A DNA stretch of 64,000 nt from a virus. A program made the translations under genes and the position numbers. Below the pieces are notes generated by a model. The model saw only the letters and a program-made list of their open reading frames with translations. It was not told the origin of the DNA and did no database searches. Every line of letters begins with the position of its first letter. Position 1 is the first letter of the stretch. This document shows positions 30,381 through 39,894 of the stretch, in pieces. The stretch spans positions 38,381-102,380 of IMG/VR virus record IMGVR_UViG_3300032116_000062; one strand, 5' to 3'.

Positions 30381-31019
30381 ATGAAAAAATACTTAAACAT
30401 AAAAAATATTATAATAGCAATACTTTGTATTGTATTATTATTTAATTACTTAAAGGGGTGTGGAAAAAAAGAAGAAACAAAACCAACCGAAACCATTAAG
30501 ATTGGAGGAAAAAAATACGAAGTTGTAAAAAAAGAAATAGATACTTTTTATATAGAAAGTACGAAGATTGTTAAAAAACCAGGTAAAGATATATACCACG
30601 ATACTACAATATATGTGCCAGTTCCACAAGATGTCGATACTGCAAAAATATTATCTCAATTTTACGCTAAAAATGTATACATAGATACGTTGAAGTTGCA
30701 AGATAGTTTGGGAATAGTTTCGTTGGTTGATACGATAAAAGAAAATAAAATTTTACATAGAACATTCAAAGCAACCGTAAAAGAAAAAATTATAGAACAA
30801 AAAATTTATATAAAAGAACCACCAAAAAGACAATTGTATTTTGGTTTTGAAGGAACGTTTGATAAAGCCGAAGTGTTTAGAGGAGTTGGAAGTGGTGTAG
30901 TTTATAAAACAAAATCTGACAAGTTATATAAAGTAAATCTTGGTGTTTTGAATTTACAAAATGATTTATCACCATATATCAATGCCGGTATATATTGGAA
31001 GATTAAATTAAAAAAATAA
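30381..31019 (+). CDS. Membrane-anchored or lipoprotein-like hypothetical protein
   Basis: Basic N-terminus, hydrophobic helix, then KGC; DT-rich beta region; aromatic C-terminus. Confidence 0.65.
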   Translation: MKKYLNIKNIIIAILCIVLLFNYLKGCGKKEETKPTETIKIGGKKYEVVKKEIDTFYIESTKIVKKPGKDIYHDTTIYVPVPQDVDTAKILSQFYAKNVYIDTLKLQDSLGIVSLVDTIKENKILHRTFKATVKEKIIEQKIYIKEPPKRQLYFGFEGTFDKAEVFRGVGSGVVYKTKSDKLYKVNLGVLNLQNDLSPYINAGIYWKIKLKK

Positions 31020-32629
31020 TGGGAGTCCAAGGACAGCCAAAGAAAACGCTCAAAGAAATAATAGCTGAAGAATATCGTAAGTGTGGACAAGACCCCATTT
31101 ACTTTATGAAAAAATATTGTGTAATTCAGCACCCGGTGAGAGGAAAAATACCCTTTCACCTTTATCCTTTCCAGGAAAATTGCTTAACAGATTTTAAAGA
31201 TAATCGTTTTAATATTATCTTAAAAAGCAGACAGCTAGGTCTATCAACTCTTTCTGCAGGGTTTATTTTATGGAAGATGTTATTTAATCAGGATTTCAAT
31301 GCATTGGTTATTGCAACAAAAGTGACAGTAGCTAAAAACCTCGTAGAGAAGGTTAGAGTGATGCATGATTTACTTCCTGTTTGGTTAAGAGATGGTGGTA
31401 ATAGTTCTGTTGAAGATAATAAATTATCACTTAAATTGAAGAATGGTTCACAAGTAAAAGCAATCGCATCTTCTCCAGATGCCGGACGTTCGGAAGCCCT
31501 ATCCTTATTGGTTGTGGATGAGGCGGCATTCATCAGAGATATCGATGAAATTTGGTTATCGGCACAATCTACCCTATCAACGGGTGGTTCTGCTATAGTA
31601 TTATCAACTCCAAATGGTGTGGGTAATTGGTTTCACAAAATGTGGGTTGAGGGTGAAAATGGTTCAAACGGATTCAATACTATAAAACTACATTGGACGG
31701 TTCACCCGGAAAGAAATCAACAATGGAGAGATGAACAGACTCGAATTTTAGGTATAAAAGGTGCATCACAAGAATGCGATTGTGATTTTGTTGGATCGGG
31801 TGATACTGTGATAGACCCGCAATTACTAATGTGGTATAAAAACACATACGTTATGGAGCCCGTAGAAAAAAGAGGATTCGATGGAAACCTTTGGATATGG
31901 GAACACCCAAATTACAACAGACAATATATGGTTGTAGCAGACGTTGCCCGTGGTGATGGATCAGATTATTCAACTGCACAAATAATTGATATAGAAGATT
32001 GTTCTCAAGTTGGTGAGTATAGAGGAAAAATTGAAACAAAAGATTTTGGAAACTTTCTAACCGCTTTGGCTACAGAATATAACAATGCGTTGTTAGTTGT
32101 TGAAAACTCTAATGTTGGATGGGCAGCTATACAGCAAGTAATAGATAGGCAGTATCAAAACCTATTTTATATGAGTAATGATTTAAAATATGTTGATGTT
32201 GAGAAGCAAATGTCTAATAAATATTACAGAGATGAAAGACAAATGGTAGCGGGATTTTCTACAACATCAAAAACCCGTCCATTGATTATATCTGCATTGG
32301 ATACATATATAAATGAAAAAGAAATACTAATTCGTTCATCTCGTCTTATAGAGGAATTATTTACATTTATTTGGAACGGAGGAAGAGCAGAAGCAATGAA
32401 GGGGTATAATGATGACCTCACCATGGCAATGTCTATAGGATTGTGGGTTAGAAATACTGCATTACGATTGAGACAGGAAGGTATAGATTTGACAAAAGCA
32501 ATGTTAGGTTCTTCGCAAATCAAAAAGCATGATGGAGTTTATACTGCAACATCGCATTTGAAACAAAATCCATATGAAATGGATATGGGTAAAGGAGAAA
32601 AAGAAAATTTACATTGGTTATTGGGATAA
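31019..32629 (+). CDS. terL: Terminase large subunit (T4 gp17-like)
   Basis: KSRQLGLST Walker A, LLVVDEAAF Walker B, LSTPNG, DVARGDGSDYS and DD nuclease residues. Confidence 0.95.
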   Translation: MGVQGQPKKTLKEIIAEEYRKCGQDPIYFMKKYCVIQHPVRGKIPFHLYPFQENCLTDFKDNRFNIILKSRQLGLSTLSAGFILWKMLFNQDFNALVIATKVTVAKNLVEKVRVMHDLLPVWLRDGGNSSVEDNKLSLKLKNGSQVKAIASSPDAGRSEALSLLVVDEAAFIRDIDEIWLSAQSTLSTGGSAIVLSTPNGVGNWFHKMWVEGENGSNGFNTIKLHWTVHPERNQQWRDEQTRILGIKGASQECDCDFVGSGDTVIDPQLLMWYKNTYVMEPVEKRGFDGNLWIWEHPNYNRQYMVVADVARGDGSDYSTAQIIDIEDCSQVGEYRGKIETKDFGNFLTALATEYNNALLVVENSNVGWAAIQQVIDRQYQNLFYMSNDLKYVDVEKQMSNKYYRDERQMVAGFSTTSKTRPLIISALDTYINEKEILIRSSRLIEELFTFIWNGGRAEAMKGYNDDLTMAMSIGLWVRNTALRLRQEGIDLTKAMLGSSQIKKHDGVYTATSHLKQNPYEMDMGKGEKENLHWLLG

Positions 32630-32634
32630 TTTTA

Positions 32635-32642
32635 TATTTATA
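32635..32642 (+). promoter_or_regulatory. Putative late promoter TATTTATA
   Basis: In 20-nt gap before ATG 32650. Confidence 0.55.
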
Positions 32643-32649
32643 AGTTGAT

Positions 32650-33762
32650 ATGGCACAATTAACAGATATATTGAAAGAAGATTTGAATAAGTGGTTCAAA
32701 GAAAAGTGGGTCAACATCGGTAAAAAAGTCGATGGTAAACACCCACCATGTGGAACTTCTGGAGAAAAGAGTGGATATGCCAAATGTGTTCCTGCCGCAA
32801 AAGCCGCTGGGATGAGTAAAAAAGAGAAAGAATCCGCAACTCGTAGAAAAAGAGCTGCACAAAATAAAGCAGGTAGAGGTGGAAGTGATAGTAAGGGACA
32901 GGGTAAAACACCGATATATGTTTCTACCAAACCTAAAAACGAAGATTGGAGTGAAAAATATAAAAAAAGTATAGATTGTAATAACCCCAAAGGTTTCAGC
33001 CAAAGAGCACATTGTCAGGGTAAGAAAAAAAATGAAACTATGAATATAGAAGAAAAACTAAATTTATTTTTAGAAAAGAATTGTCCAACCGATCCAGGCA
33101 AATGGTCGGCATCTAAAGCAGCTGCAAAATCTAAATTTGATGTATACCCATCGGCATACGCAAATGGTTGGGCTGCAAAAAATTACAAATCAAAAGGTGG
33201 TGGTTGGAGAACTTGTAAAGAAAGTGTTCAGTTAGATGAAGGATGTTGGGAAGGATATCAGCAAGTTGGTATGAAAGAAAAAAATGGTAAAATGGTTCCA
33301 AATTGTGTACCAGTAAACGAAAATAATATGAAACTAAAAAAAGAAATGAATCACGATGTAGTTGATCATCCGCAAAGAAGAGATAATGATGATGAAATAA
33401 ATTATGGTAGAGTAGAACCATTGGAATATGATGTTGATAACTACGATGACCATGTTGATTTTATTGCATTCATGAGAGAGTATAATAGAGAATTAAATGA
33501 ATCAACTTGTCCCTGTATGTTAGAAGCGGAGTATCAGGGTAGAACCGTTAAGTTGGGTAAACCAATGCAGGGTGATGTTAAGAAATTTAAAGTTTATGTT
33601 AAGAATGATAAGGGAAATGTAGTTAAAGTAAACTTTGGCGACCCAAATATGAGGATTAAAAAATCAAATCCAGAAAGAAGAAAATCATTCAGAGCAAGAC
33701 ACAATTGTGATAATCCTGGTCCAAGATGGAAAGCAAGATACTGGAGCTGCCGCAAGTGGTAA
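32650..33762 (+). CDS. Basic modular polyprotein, probable internal head protein
   Basis: MAQLTDILKE leader; about five small Lys/Arg/Cys-rich modules separated by x-x-E sites. Confidence 0.65.
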   Translation: MAQLTDILKEDLNKWFKEKWVNIGKKVDGKHPPCGTSGEKSGYAKCVPAAKAAGMSKKEKESATRRKRAAQNKAGRGGSDSKGQGKTPIYVSTKPKNEDWSEKYKKSIDCNNPKGFSQRAHCQGKKKNETMNIEEKLNLFLEKNCPTDPGKWSASKAAAKSKFDVYPSAYANGWAAKNYKSKGGGWRTCKESVQLDEGCWEGYQQVGMKEKNGKMVPNCVPVNENNMKLKKEMNHDVVDHPQRRDNDDEINYGRVEPLEYDVDNYDDHVDFIAFMREYNRELNESTCPCMLEAEYQGRTVKLGKPMQGDVKKFKVYVKNDKGNVVKVNFGDPNMRIKKSNPERRKSFRARHNCDNPGPRWKARYWSCRKW

Positions 33763-33794
33763 TTTGGTAAACCCAAAAAAATTTTGTATATTTA
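33763..33794 (+). promoter_or_regulatory. Bacteroidota-type promoter-like element upstream of portal
   Basis: TTTG-N20-TATATTTA. Confidence 0.5.
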
Positions 33795-33806
33795 AAAAAA
33801 TTTTAT

Positions 33807-35549
33807 ATGGCAGATAAGTCGGTATTTGGCAGGTTACAAAAACTATTTTCAACCAATACAATAATTCGTAAGACACCACAAGGTATAAAAGTTGTTGATA
33901 CAGATGAATATCAATCAATGACTACGAATCTTGTTGACCGTTTTATGAAATTAAAGGTATCTAATTATGCGGGAGGAGTCGAATCGGGGTTAGCATATCA
34001 GCAAGTTCGTATAGACCTATTTAGAGATTATGATTCAATGGATATGGATCCTATAATATGTGCTGCATTAAATGTATATGCAGATGAGTGTACAGCAAGA
34101 AACGAATTTGGCAATGTACTTAAAATACATCATGAAGATGATAACATAAAACAAATACTTGAAAATCTTTTTTATGATATTTTGAATGTTGAGCATAATT
34201 TGTGGATGTGGACTAGAAATCTTGTAAAATATGGTGACTTTTACTTACAATTAGAAATGGCAGAAGGGTTAGGAATTGTAAATGTTCTTCCGATGTCTAC
34301 ATATGAGATGAGTAGAATTGAAGGATTTGATCCGACAAACCCACAAAGAGTAAAATTCGTATACGCACCATATCAGAATCCCTATAACGCTGTAGGACAA
34401 ACTGCAAAAAAAGAATACGAAAACTATGAAGTAGCTCACTTTCGTTTGAATGGTGATGCAAACTTCCTTCCATATGGTAAATCAATGATTGAAGGCGGTA
34501 GAAGAGTTTGGAAACAATTATCTCTTATGGAAGATGCTATGTTAATTCATAGAGTAATGAGAGCTCCTGAAAAAAGAATCTTTAAAGTAGATGTTGGTAA
34601 TATCCCACCAAACGAAGTGGATAACTACATGCAAAAAATTATCAACAATTCTAAAAAAGTTCCGTTTATAGATGAAAGAACGGGAGAATATAATTTAAAA
34701 TATAACATTCAAAACCTAATTGAAGATTATTATATGCCAGTTCGTGGTAGTGATAGTGGTACTTCAATTGATACTCTTAAAGGTTTAGAATACAATATGA
34801 TTGATGATATTAACTACTTAAAGGGTAAGTTAATGGCAGCACTTCAAATTCCAAAAGCATTTTTAGGATATGAAGAAGAAACGAATGGTAAAGCAACTTT
34901 AGCCGGAATGGATGTTAGGTTTGCAAAAACCATAGAAAGAATACAAAGAGTATTGGTATCAGAACTCACAAAGATAGCAATTGTACACTTATACGCTCAG
35001 GGAATAGAAGATGAAAGATTGACTAATTTTTCATTAGAATTAACAATCCCATCCAAAATATATGAGCAAGAAAAAGTTGAATTATATAATGCAAAAGTTC
35101 AATTGATTCAACAAATGCAACAAACTAAAATGTTATCTAAAGAATGGATGTATGAAGCAATACTTGGTATGGCAAAGGATGAGCAAGATCAACAAACATT
35201 GGCCATACTGGAAGATACAAAACAGGCGTTTAGATTAACATCAATAGAAACACAAGGGGTAGATCCAGCAAAGGAAACAGGAACCGATGCACCAACAAAT
35301 GTTGAAGAAGAGATTGCAAAAATAAAAGCGGAGTTAGAAGAAGATGGTGTTGGTAGACCTAAAGATACTATCAGATATGGTAAAGATGATCATCCAGAAG
35401 GAAGAGACCCATTGGGAATTAAAACTCTAAAAGCAAAAGAAGGTTCTGTCAAATATAAACCAAGAAAAAATCCATATTTAGAAATATTTAAAGATATGAA
35501 TGGAAATAAAAAGACAATTTTGACAGAGGATTTGACAAAAGAGCAATAA
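33807..35549 (+). CDS. gp20: Portal protein (T4 gp20-like)
   Basis: LMEDAMLIHRVMRAPEKRIFKVDVGNIP, EDYYMPVRG, TSIDTLKG. Confidence 0.95.
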   Translation: MADKSVFGRLQKLFSTNTIIRKTPQGIKVVDTDEYQSMTTNLVDRFMKLKVSNYAGGVESGLAYQQVRIDLFRDYDSMDMDPIICAALNVYADECTARNEFGNVLKIHHEDDNIKQILENLFYDILNVEHNLWMWTRNLVKYGDFYLQLEMAEGLGIVNVLPMSTYEMSRIEGFDPTNPQRVKFVYAPYQNPYNAVGQTAKKEYENYEVAHFRLNGDANFLPYGKSMIEGGRRVWKQLSLMEDAMLIHRVMRAPEKRIFKVDVGNIPPNEVDNYMQKIINNSKKVPFIDERTGEYNLKYNIQNLIEDYYMPVRGSDSGTSIDTLKGLEYNMIDDINYLKGKLMAALQIPKAFLGYEEETNGKATLAGMDVRFAKTIERIQRVLVSELTKIAIVHLYAQGIEDERLTNFSLELTIPSKIYEQEKVELYNAKVQLIQQMQQTKMLSKEWMYEAILGMAKDEQDQQTLAILEDTKQAFRLTSIETQGVDPAKETGTDAPTNVEEEIAKIKAELEEDGVGRPKDTIRYGKDDHPEGRDPLGIKTLKAKEGSVKYKPRKNPYLEIFKDMNGNKKTILTEDLTKEQ

Positions 35550-35564
35550 ACCAATAGAAAAATA

Positions 35565-35572
35565 TATTTATA
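35565..35572 (+). promoter_or_regulatory. Putative late promoter TATTTATA
   Basis: Intergenic, upstream of ATG 35594. Confidence 0.55.
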
Positions 35573-35593
35573 TCTGATTAATTGTATAAATTG

Positions 35594-36466
35594 ATGAAAA
35601 AAATAAAACATTCAAAGTTTAAAAATACAGGATTCATTTTTGAATTGCTTGTAAGACAAGTTACATCTGAAATACTTTCATCTAACAAATCTGTAGCTGA
35701 AACTATTCTTAAAGAATTTTTTAATTCCAAAAAGGAATTATCAAAAGAATTGAAATTATATCAATATTTGATAAATGAAAAATACAATTCCGAATCTAAA
35801 GCGGAAAAGTTTATAGATACGATATGCGAAGCTAGAAAGAGATTAGATGAAAAAAAATTGACAAAAGAAAAATATTCTTTGATTAAAGAAATAAAGGAGA
35901 GATACAATATAGATGAATTTATTAAATCTCCTATTTCAAATTATAAAACGTTAGCATCAATTTACAAAATATTTGAGGTAATCACATCCAATGAACAATA
36001 TGAACCAACGGATATTGTAAACTCAAGATTTACTATAACGGAAAATATAATAAACACATCTATACAAAATAAAGATTCAAAAATAAAAGATGCAGTTTTA
36101 GAAGAATATAGAAAGCAAGATGAGGATTTAAGAGCCGTATCTTACAAATTACTAGTTGAATCTTTTAATAACAAATATAAAAATCTTACCGCAAATCAGA
36201 AAGCATTATTGAGAGAATATATCAATAATATCAATAACACAGGTAAGTTAAATGAGTATGTATCAAACGAAGTTATAAGTTTAACAAACGAACTAAAAGA
36301 AATTGGTACAAAGATATCTGATAAAGTTACTAAAATAAAATTAGCAGAAACAATCGCAAATATAAAAAAAATAAAATCTGTTAAAAAGATAAAAGAAGAA
36401 CACTTATCGGCAATGATGATGACATATGAATTATTAAATGAATTGAAAAATGCAATCAAAAAATAA
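35594..36466 (+). CDS. Helical head-module hypothetical protein
   Basis: KHSKFKNTGFIFELLVRQ N-terminus; lies between portal and protease. Confidence 0.75.
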   Translation: MKKIKHSKFKNTGFIFELLVRQVTSEILSSNKSVAETILKEFFNSKKELSKELKLYQYLINEKYNSESKAEKFIDTICEARKRLDEKKLTKEKYSLIKEIKERYNIDEFIKSPISNYKTLASIYKIFEVITSNEQYEPTDIVNSRFTITENIINTSIQNKDSKIKDAVLEEYRKQDEDLRAVSYKLLVESFNNKYKNLTANQKALLREYINNINNTGKLNEYVSNEVISLTNELKEIGTKISDKVTKIKLAETIANIKKIKSVKKIKEEHLSAMMMTYELLNELKNAIKK

Positions 36467-36884
36467 TTTAGACGAAAAAAAGATAAGTGAGTTAAAAGAA
36501 AAAATCCGTAAAATGGTTAGGGAGATGAATACCAATGCGAATGTGCAAGGGTATAATACACCAAAAGCATTTGGTAAACCTGAAAACGAAAAAAAGAAAG
36601 GTAAAAGGTTAGCAGATTTGACAGGATATAGTGTAGTTAGTGAAAATCGCTGGTTGGAGTTAAAGAGGGATGAATCAACGGCACAGGCAAAGATTGGTAG
36701 AGGAATTTCTAACATCAATAAACAATTGAAAGAAATGGAAAGATTTCTCAATTGGTATGGTAGAATTAAAAATGAAAGTGGAGTGGATAATAAATCTTAT
36801 TGGAAAAGAACTAATCACCATATTTATGCTATAAAGGAACGATTATTAAAATTGGACCAGAAAATAAGACAAATATCAGAATAA
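36450..36884 (+). CDS. Probable internal head protein
   Basis: ELKEKIRKMVRE leader followed by YNTPKAF module. Confidence 0.65.
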   Translation: MQSKNNLDEKKISELKEKIRKMVREMNTNANVQGYNTPKAFGKPENEKKKGKRLADLTGYSVVSENRWLELKRDESTAQAKIGRGISNINKQLKEMERFLNWYGRIKNESGVDNKSYWKRTNHHIYAIKERLLKLDQKIRQISE

Positions 36885-37186
36885 TGAAAAAATCAGAATT
36901 AATAGAACTTATCAAACAAGTCGTTAAAGAGGAAAACGATTACCAAGAATTATTCAAAACAATGTTGAATAAAAGTGGTAAATCAATAGAATCCATGAGT
37001 GATGATGAAAAGAAAAAATTCTTCAATGCAGTGGATAAGGCTTACAAAGCAAAGCAAGAGGGAAAATTGAGAGGATATAACGAATTGACTGATAAGCAAA
37101 AACAAATTGATGTAGATAAGGATGGTGAGATTGAAGGTTCGGATTTGGCCGCATTAAGGTCCAAAAACGAACAAAAAAAAAAGTAA
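36884..37186 (+). CDS. Probable internal head protein with EF-hand-like loop; ends at slippery site
   Basis: MKKSELIELIKQVVKE leader; DVDKDGEIEGSDL; ends CAA AAA AAA AAG TAA. Confidence 0.75.
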   Translation: MKKSELIELIKQVVKEENDYQELFKTMLNKSGKSIESMSDDEKKKFFNAVDKAYKAKQEGKLRGYNELTDKQKQIDVDKDGEIEGSDLAALRSKNEQKKK

Positions 37187-37245
37187 ATGAAAACCTTGCT
37201 ATTGGATTACTATCCGTATTGGGTAGTATTATCATAGGTAAGGTT
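37177..37245 (+). promoter_or_regulatory. Putative -1 programmed ribosomal frameshift signal
   Basis: In-frame A_AAA_AAG (37177-37183), stop codon, 8-nt spacer, extended stem-loop 37192-37245. Confidence 0.7.
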
Positions 37246-37596
37246 GTTTTTTATTATTTGTATGAGTTAGGTAAATCCGGATTAAATTATTTTTTCGGAA
37301 AACCAAACTACAAAGAACCGGTTAAGAAAATTTTAGATTCATTATCAAACAACAGAAAGTTTGTAGATGATATGTCTAAAATGATTAACCCACAAAAAGG
37401 AATGGATAGTTCTACTATTGATAAAATTGTGAAAATGCCATTGGTACAATCACAGATATCAAAACAGATAGGATCTAAAAATTCTAATATAGATAAAACT
37501 GAAATAGAAAATCAGTTGAAAACTATTATTTCTAAATCTTGGAACGATTTAAGTAGTAAAGTGATGGATAAAGTAAAAAATGATTTAAAAAAATGA
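37183..37596 (+). CDS. -1 frame extension (VNE, hydrophobic helix, soluble domain); alternatively a TTG-start ORF at 37219
   Basis: Frame open from slippery site: VNENLAIGLLSVLGSIIIG...; no ATG before the hydrophobic helix. Confidence 0.65.
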   Translation, partial: VNENLAIGLLSVLGSIIIGKVVFYYLYELGKSGLNYFFGKPNYKEPVKKILDSLSNNRKFVDDMSKMINPQKGMDSSTIDKIVKMPLVQSQISKQIGSKNSNIDKTEIENQLKTIISKSWNDLSSKVMDKVKNDLKK

Positions 37597-38183
37597 GTAA
37601 GAATCTTCTAATAGAAACACATCTTTTCGAGGCAAAGCTCGTTAAAGAAGAAAACGGAACATATTTGGTCCAGGGAATCCTTCAGAGAGCCGGTGCGCCA
37701 AATCAAAATAATAGAAGATATCCGAGAGAAATACTTGAAAGAGAATGTAAAAAATACGACCAACTAATTAAAGAAAGACGTGCACTTGGTGAATTAGATC
37801 ACCCAGATTCTCCGGTTATTAATTTGAAAAACGTATCACATAATATTAGAGAAATTTGGTGGGAAGGGGATGATGTGATGGGTAAAGTGGAAATACTATC
37901 TACACCATCCGGAAACATATTAAAAGAATTATTAAAAAATAATATTCGTTTAGGAATATCATCAAGAGGATTGGGTTCTGTAAAAGAATTGAACGATGGA
38001 ACTGTGATGGTGCAAGAAGATTTTGAATTGGTAGGATGGGATTTTGTTTCAAACCCATCAACTCACGGAGCATTTATGGCACCTTTACAAGAATCGAAGC
38101 AGTGGAAACAAATTGCTGAAGAGTGTGGTAAGTGGTGTAAATCGCAAGACCTTATGAGAGAAATAATAATTGAATTAAATTAA
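37593..38183 (+). CDS. gp21: Prohead maturation protease (T4 gp21-like)
   Basis: NQNNRRYP, ALGELDHP, VSH, GISSRGLGS, DFVSNPS. Confidence 0.95.
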   Translation: MSKNLLIETHLFEAKLVKEENGTYLVQGILQRAGAPNQNNRRYPREILERECKKYDQLIKERRALGELDHPDSPVINLKNVSHNIREIWWEGDDVMGKVEILSTPSGNILKELLKNNIRLGISSRGLGSVKELNDGTVMVQEDFELVGWDFVSNPSTHGAFMAPLQESKQWKQIAEECGKWCKSQDLMREIIIELN

Positions 38184-38184
38184 T

Positions 38185-38499
38185 ATGGCAAAATTAATAA
38201 ACTTATTACCTACAAATCTTAAAGAGGCAAAAAATGTCGATGTTTCTGATTTGGTAAAACGAATTGAGAAGCATACTGATAGAAATGCACATACCGAATC
38301 TGTATTAGAATTGGCAAAGTTCTTAAAAGAAAAAAAGATGGAAAACATCTTAAATTCAATTATGGATATTCATAAAGAAATGGGAAGCATGCCATCGGAA
38401 TTATCCAAATTAAGAGGACAAATTTTAGATGAATTACTTAAATTTGTTAAAACTAAATATGGATATGATATTTATACACAAATAAACTCTGCTTTCTAA
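38185..38499 (+). CDS. Probable internal head protein
   Basis: MAKLINLLPTNLKE leader. Confidence 0.65.
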   Translation: MAKLINLLPTNLKEAKNVDVSDLVKRIEKHTDRNAHTESVLELAKFLKEKKMENILNSIMDIHKEMGSMPSELSKLRGQILDELLKFVKTKYGYDIYTQINSAF

Positions 38500-38987
38500 T
38501 GAAAAAATTAAAAAACTTATTGCCTAAACAGAAAGTAAATGAAGCAATCTCATCTTCAAAAAGTGTAAAAGATTTTAAATTTTCAAAAGACGAGCTCGAA
38601 TTCTTACAGGCATTAATAAATGGTGTAGGAAGTGGACAACATCCATATGCAGATAGTAGAACTATTGGTTCGTTTAATATGAAGTATGTTGATGGGTTGA
38701 TGAAAAAAGTTAAAAACAAAGTTCCATCTAAATTCAAATCACAATACAATAGTGTTTTATTAAAATTAGGACAAGTAAATGAAGATTTGGAAGATATGGA
38801 TGTTGCAATTCCATCGAAAGTTGAAAGATTTTTAGATAGAGCATTGAATGTAATAAAATCTTATAACTTACCAAGAAAAAAAGAGCAACTTGTTATTGCA
38901 AAATTAGTTGATGCATTGGGAATGAACCCATCAGAACTACAACAGGCAGTGCAGAAGTTGAAAAGATATAAAATTGTAAAGAGATAA
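38499..38987 (+). CDS. Probable two-module internal head protein
   Basis: MKKLKNLLPKQKVNE leader and internal GQVNE. Confidence 0.65.
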   Translation: MKKLKNLLPKQKVNEAISSSKSVKDFKFSKDELEFLQALINGVGSGQHPYADSRTIGSFNMKYVDGLMKKVKNKVPSKFKSQYNSVLLKLGQVNEDLEDMDVAIPSKVERFLDRALNVIKSYNLPRKKEQLVIAKLVDALGMNPSELQQAVQKLKRYKIVKR

Positions 38988-38989
38988 CT

Positions 38990-39520
38990 ATGATAAAGTT
39001 AAAAAATATTTTAAGAGAAACCGAAGAGTTTCAACAACTACCGTCCGAATTAAAAAGACATTTTTTAGAAATCATATCTACCTATGGACAGCATAGAGAA
39101 AGTATGAAAAGAAAATCGGATATCAGACAGATTGCTGAAACACTTGGTGCAATTGCAGACGCTGCACAGGAGTATACTTTAAGAGAGGGTGGTGATTGGT
39201 TCGATAGAGTGACTATTAAGAGAAATATGAATGAACTTAAAAAGTTACAGGCTGCATTTGAAAAAGAATCAATTGAAGCAAAATCACAAGAACAAAGACT
39301 TGAAGCTCTTTACGAAGATATGGGACACGTATTGGGTAGATATTTTGAAATAGCAGAAATCACAGAAGAACAAATGCACCAAAGATTGGGTTTGCAAGAA
39401 AAGGCACCTGAAGGATGGGAAAAGACGGTAAAAGCAATGAAAGATGAACCGGGTATCGATAACCCATGGGCATTGGCACATTGGATGAAAGGACAAGGAT
39501 ACAAATCTCATAAAAAATAA
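38990..39520 (+). CDS. Probable internal head protein
   Basis: MIKLKNILRE leader; C-terminal module after GLQE (KAPEGWEKTVKAMK...). Confidence 0.65.
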   Translation: MIKLKNILRETEEFQQLPSELKRHFLEIISTYGQHRESMKRKSDIRQIAETLGAIADAAQEYTLREGGDWFDRVTIKRNMNELKKLQAAFEKESIEAKSQEQRLEALYEDMGHVLGRYFEIAEITEEQMHQRLGLQEKAPEGWEKTVKAMKDEPGIDNPWALAHWMKGQGYKSHKK

Positions 39521-39522
39521 TT

Positions 39523-39894
39523 ATGGAACAATTAGCATCATTATTATTGCATAGCAGAACACAGGCGCATGTATTTCATGTTGGTGTTTCCGGAGTAGGG
39601 GCAGACTCGGCACATAGAGCATTACAGCATTACTATGATACTATTGTTGATTTAGTTGACGGATTGGTTGAAGTTTATCAAGGAAAAGAAGGATTAATTA
39701 AATTACAACCAATAAGTGGTTTAGATACAAATTGTGAAATAGAAAATATCATATCTTATTTTGATAAACTTTGTAAAATTGTTGCAAAATTAAGACAAGA
39801 TAAAAAACTACAAGATAGTTGGATTCAGAATGATATTGATACGGTAGTTTCGTTACTTTATTCTACAAAGTACAGACTAACCTATCTTAAATAA
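39523..39894 (+). CDS. Dps/ferritin-like four-helix protein (DUF5856-like)
   Basis: QAHVFH...AHRALQHYYD...DGLVEVYQG...IQNDID...YRL. Confidence 0.7.
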   Translation: MEQLASLLLHSRTQAHVFHVGVSGVGADSAHRALQHYYDTIVDLVDGLVEVYQGKEGLIKLQPISGLDTNCEIENIISYFDKLCKIVAKLRQDKKLQDSWIQNDIDTVVSLLYSTKYRLTYLK

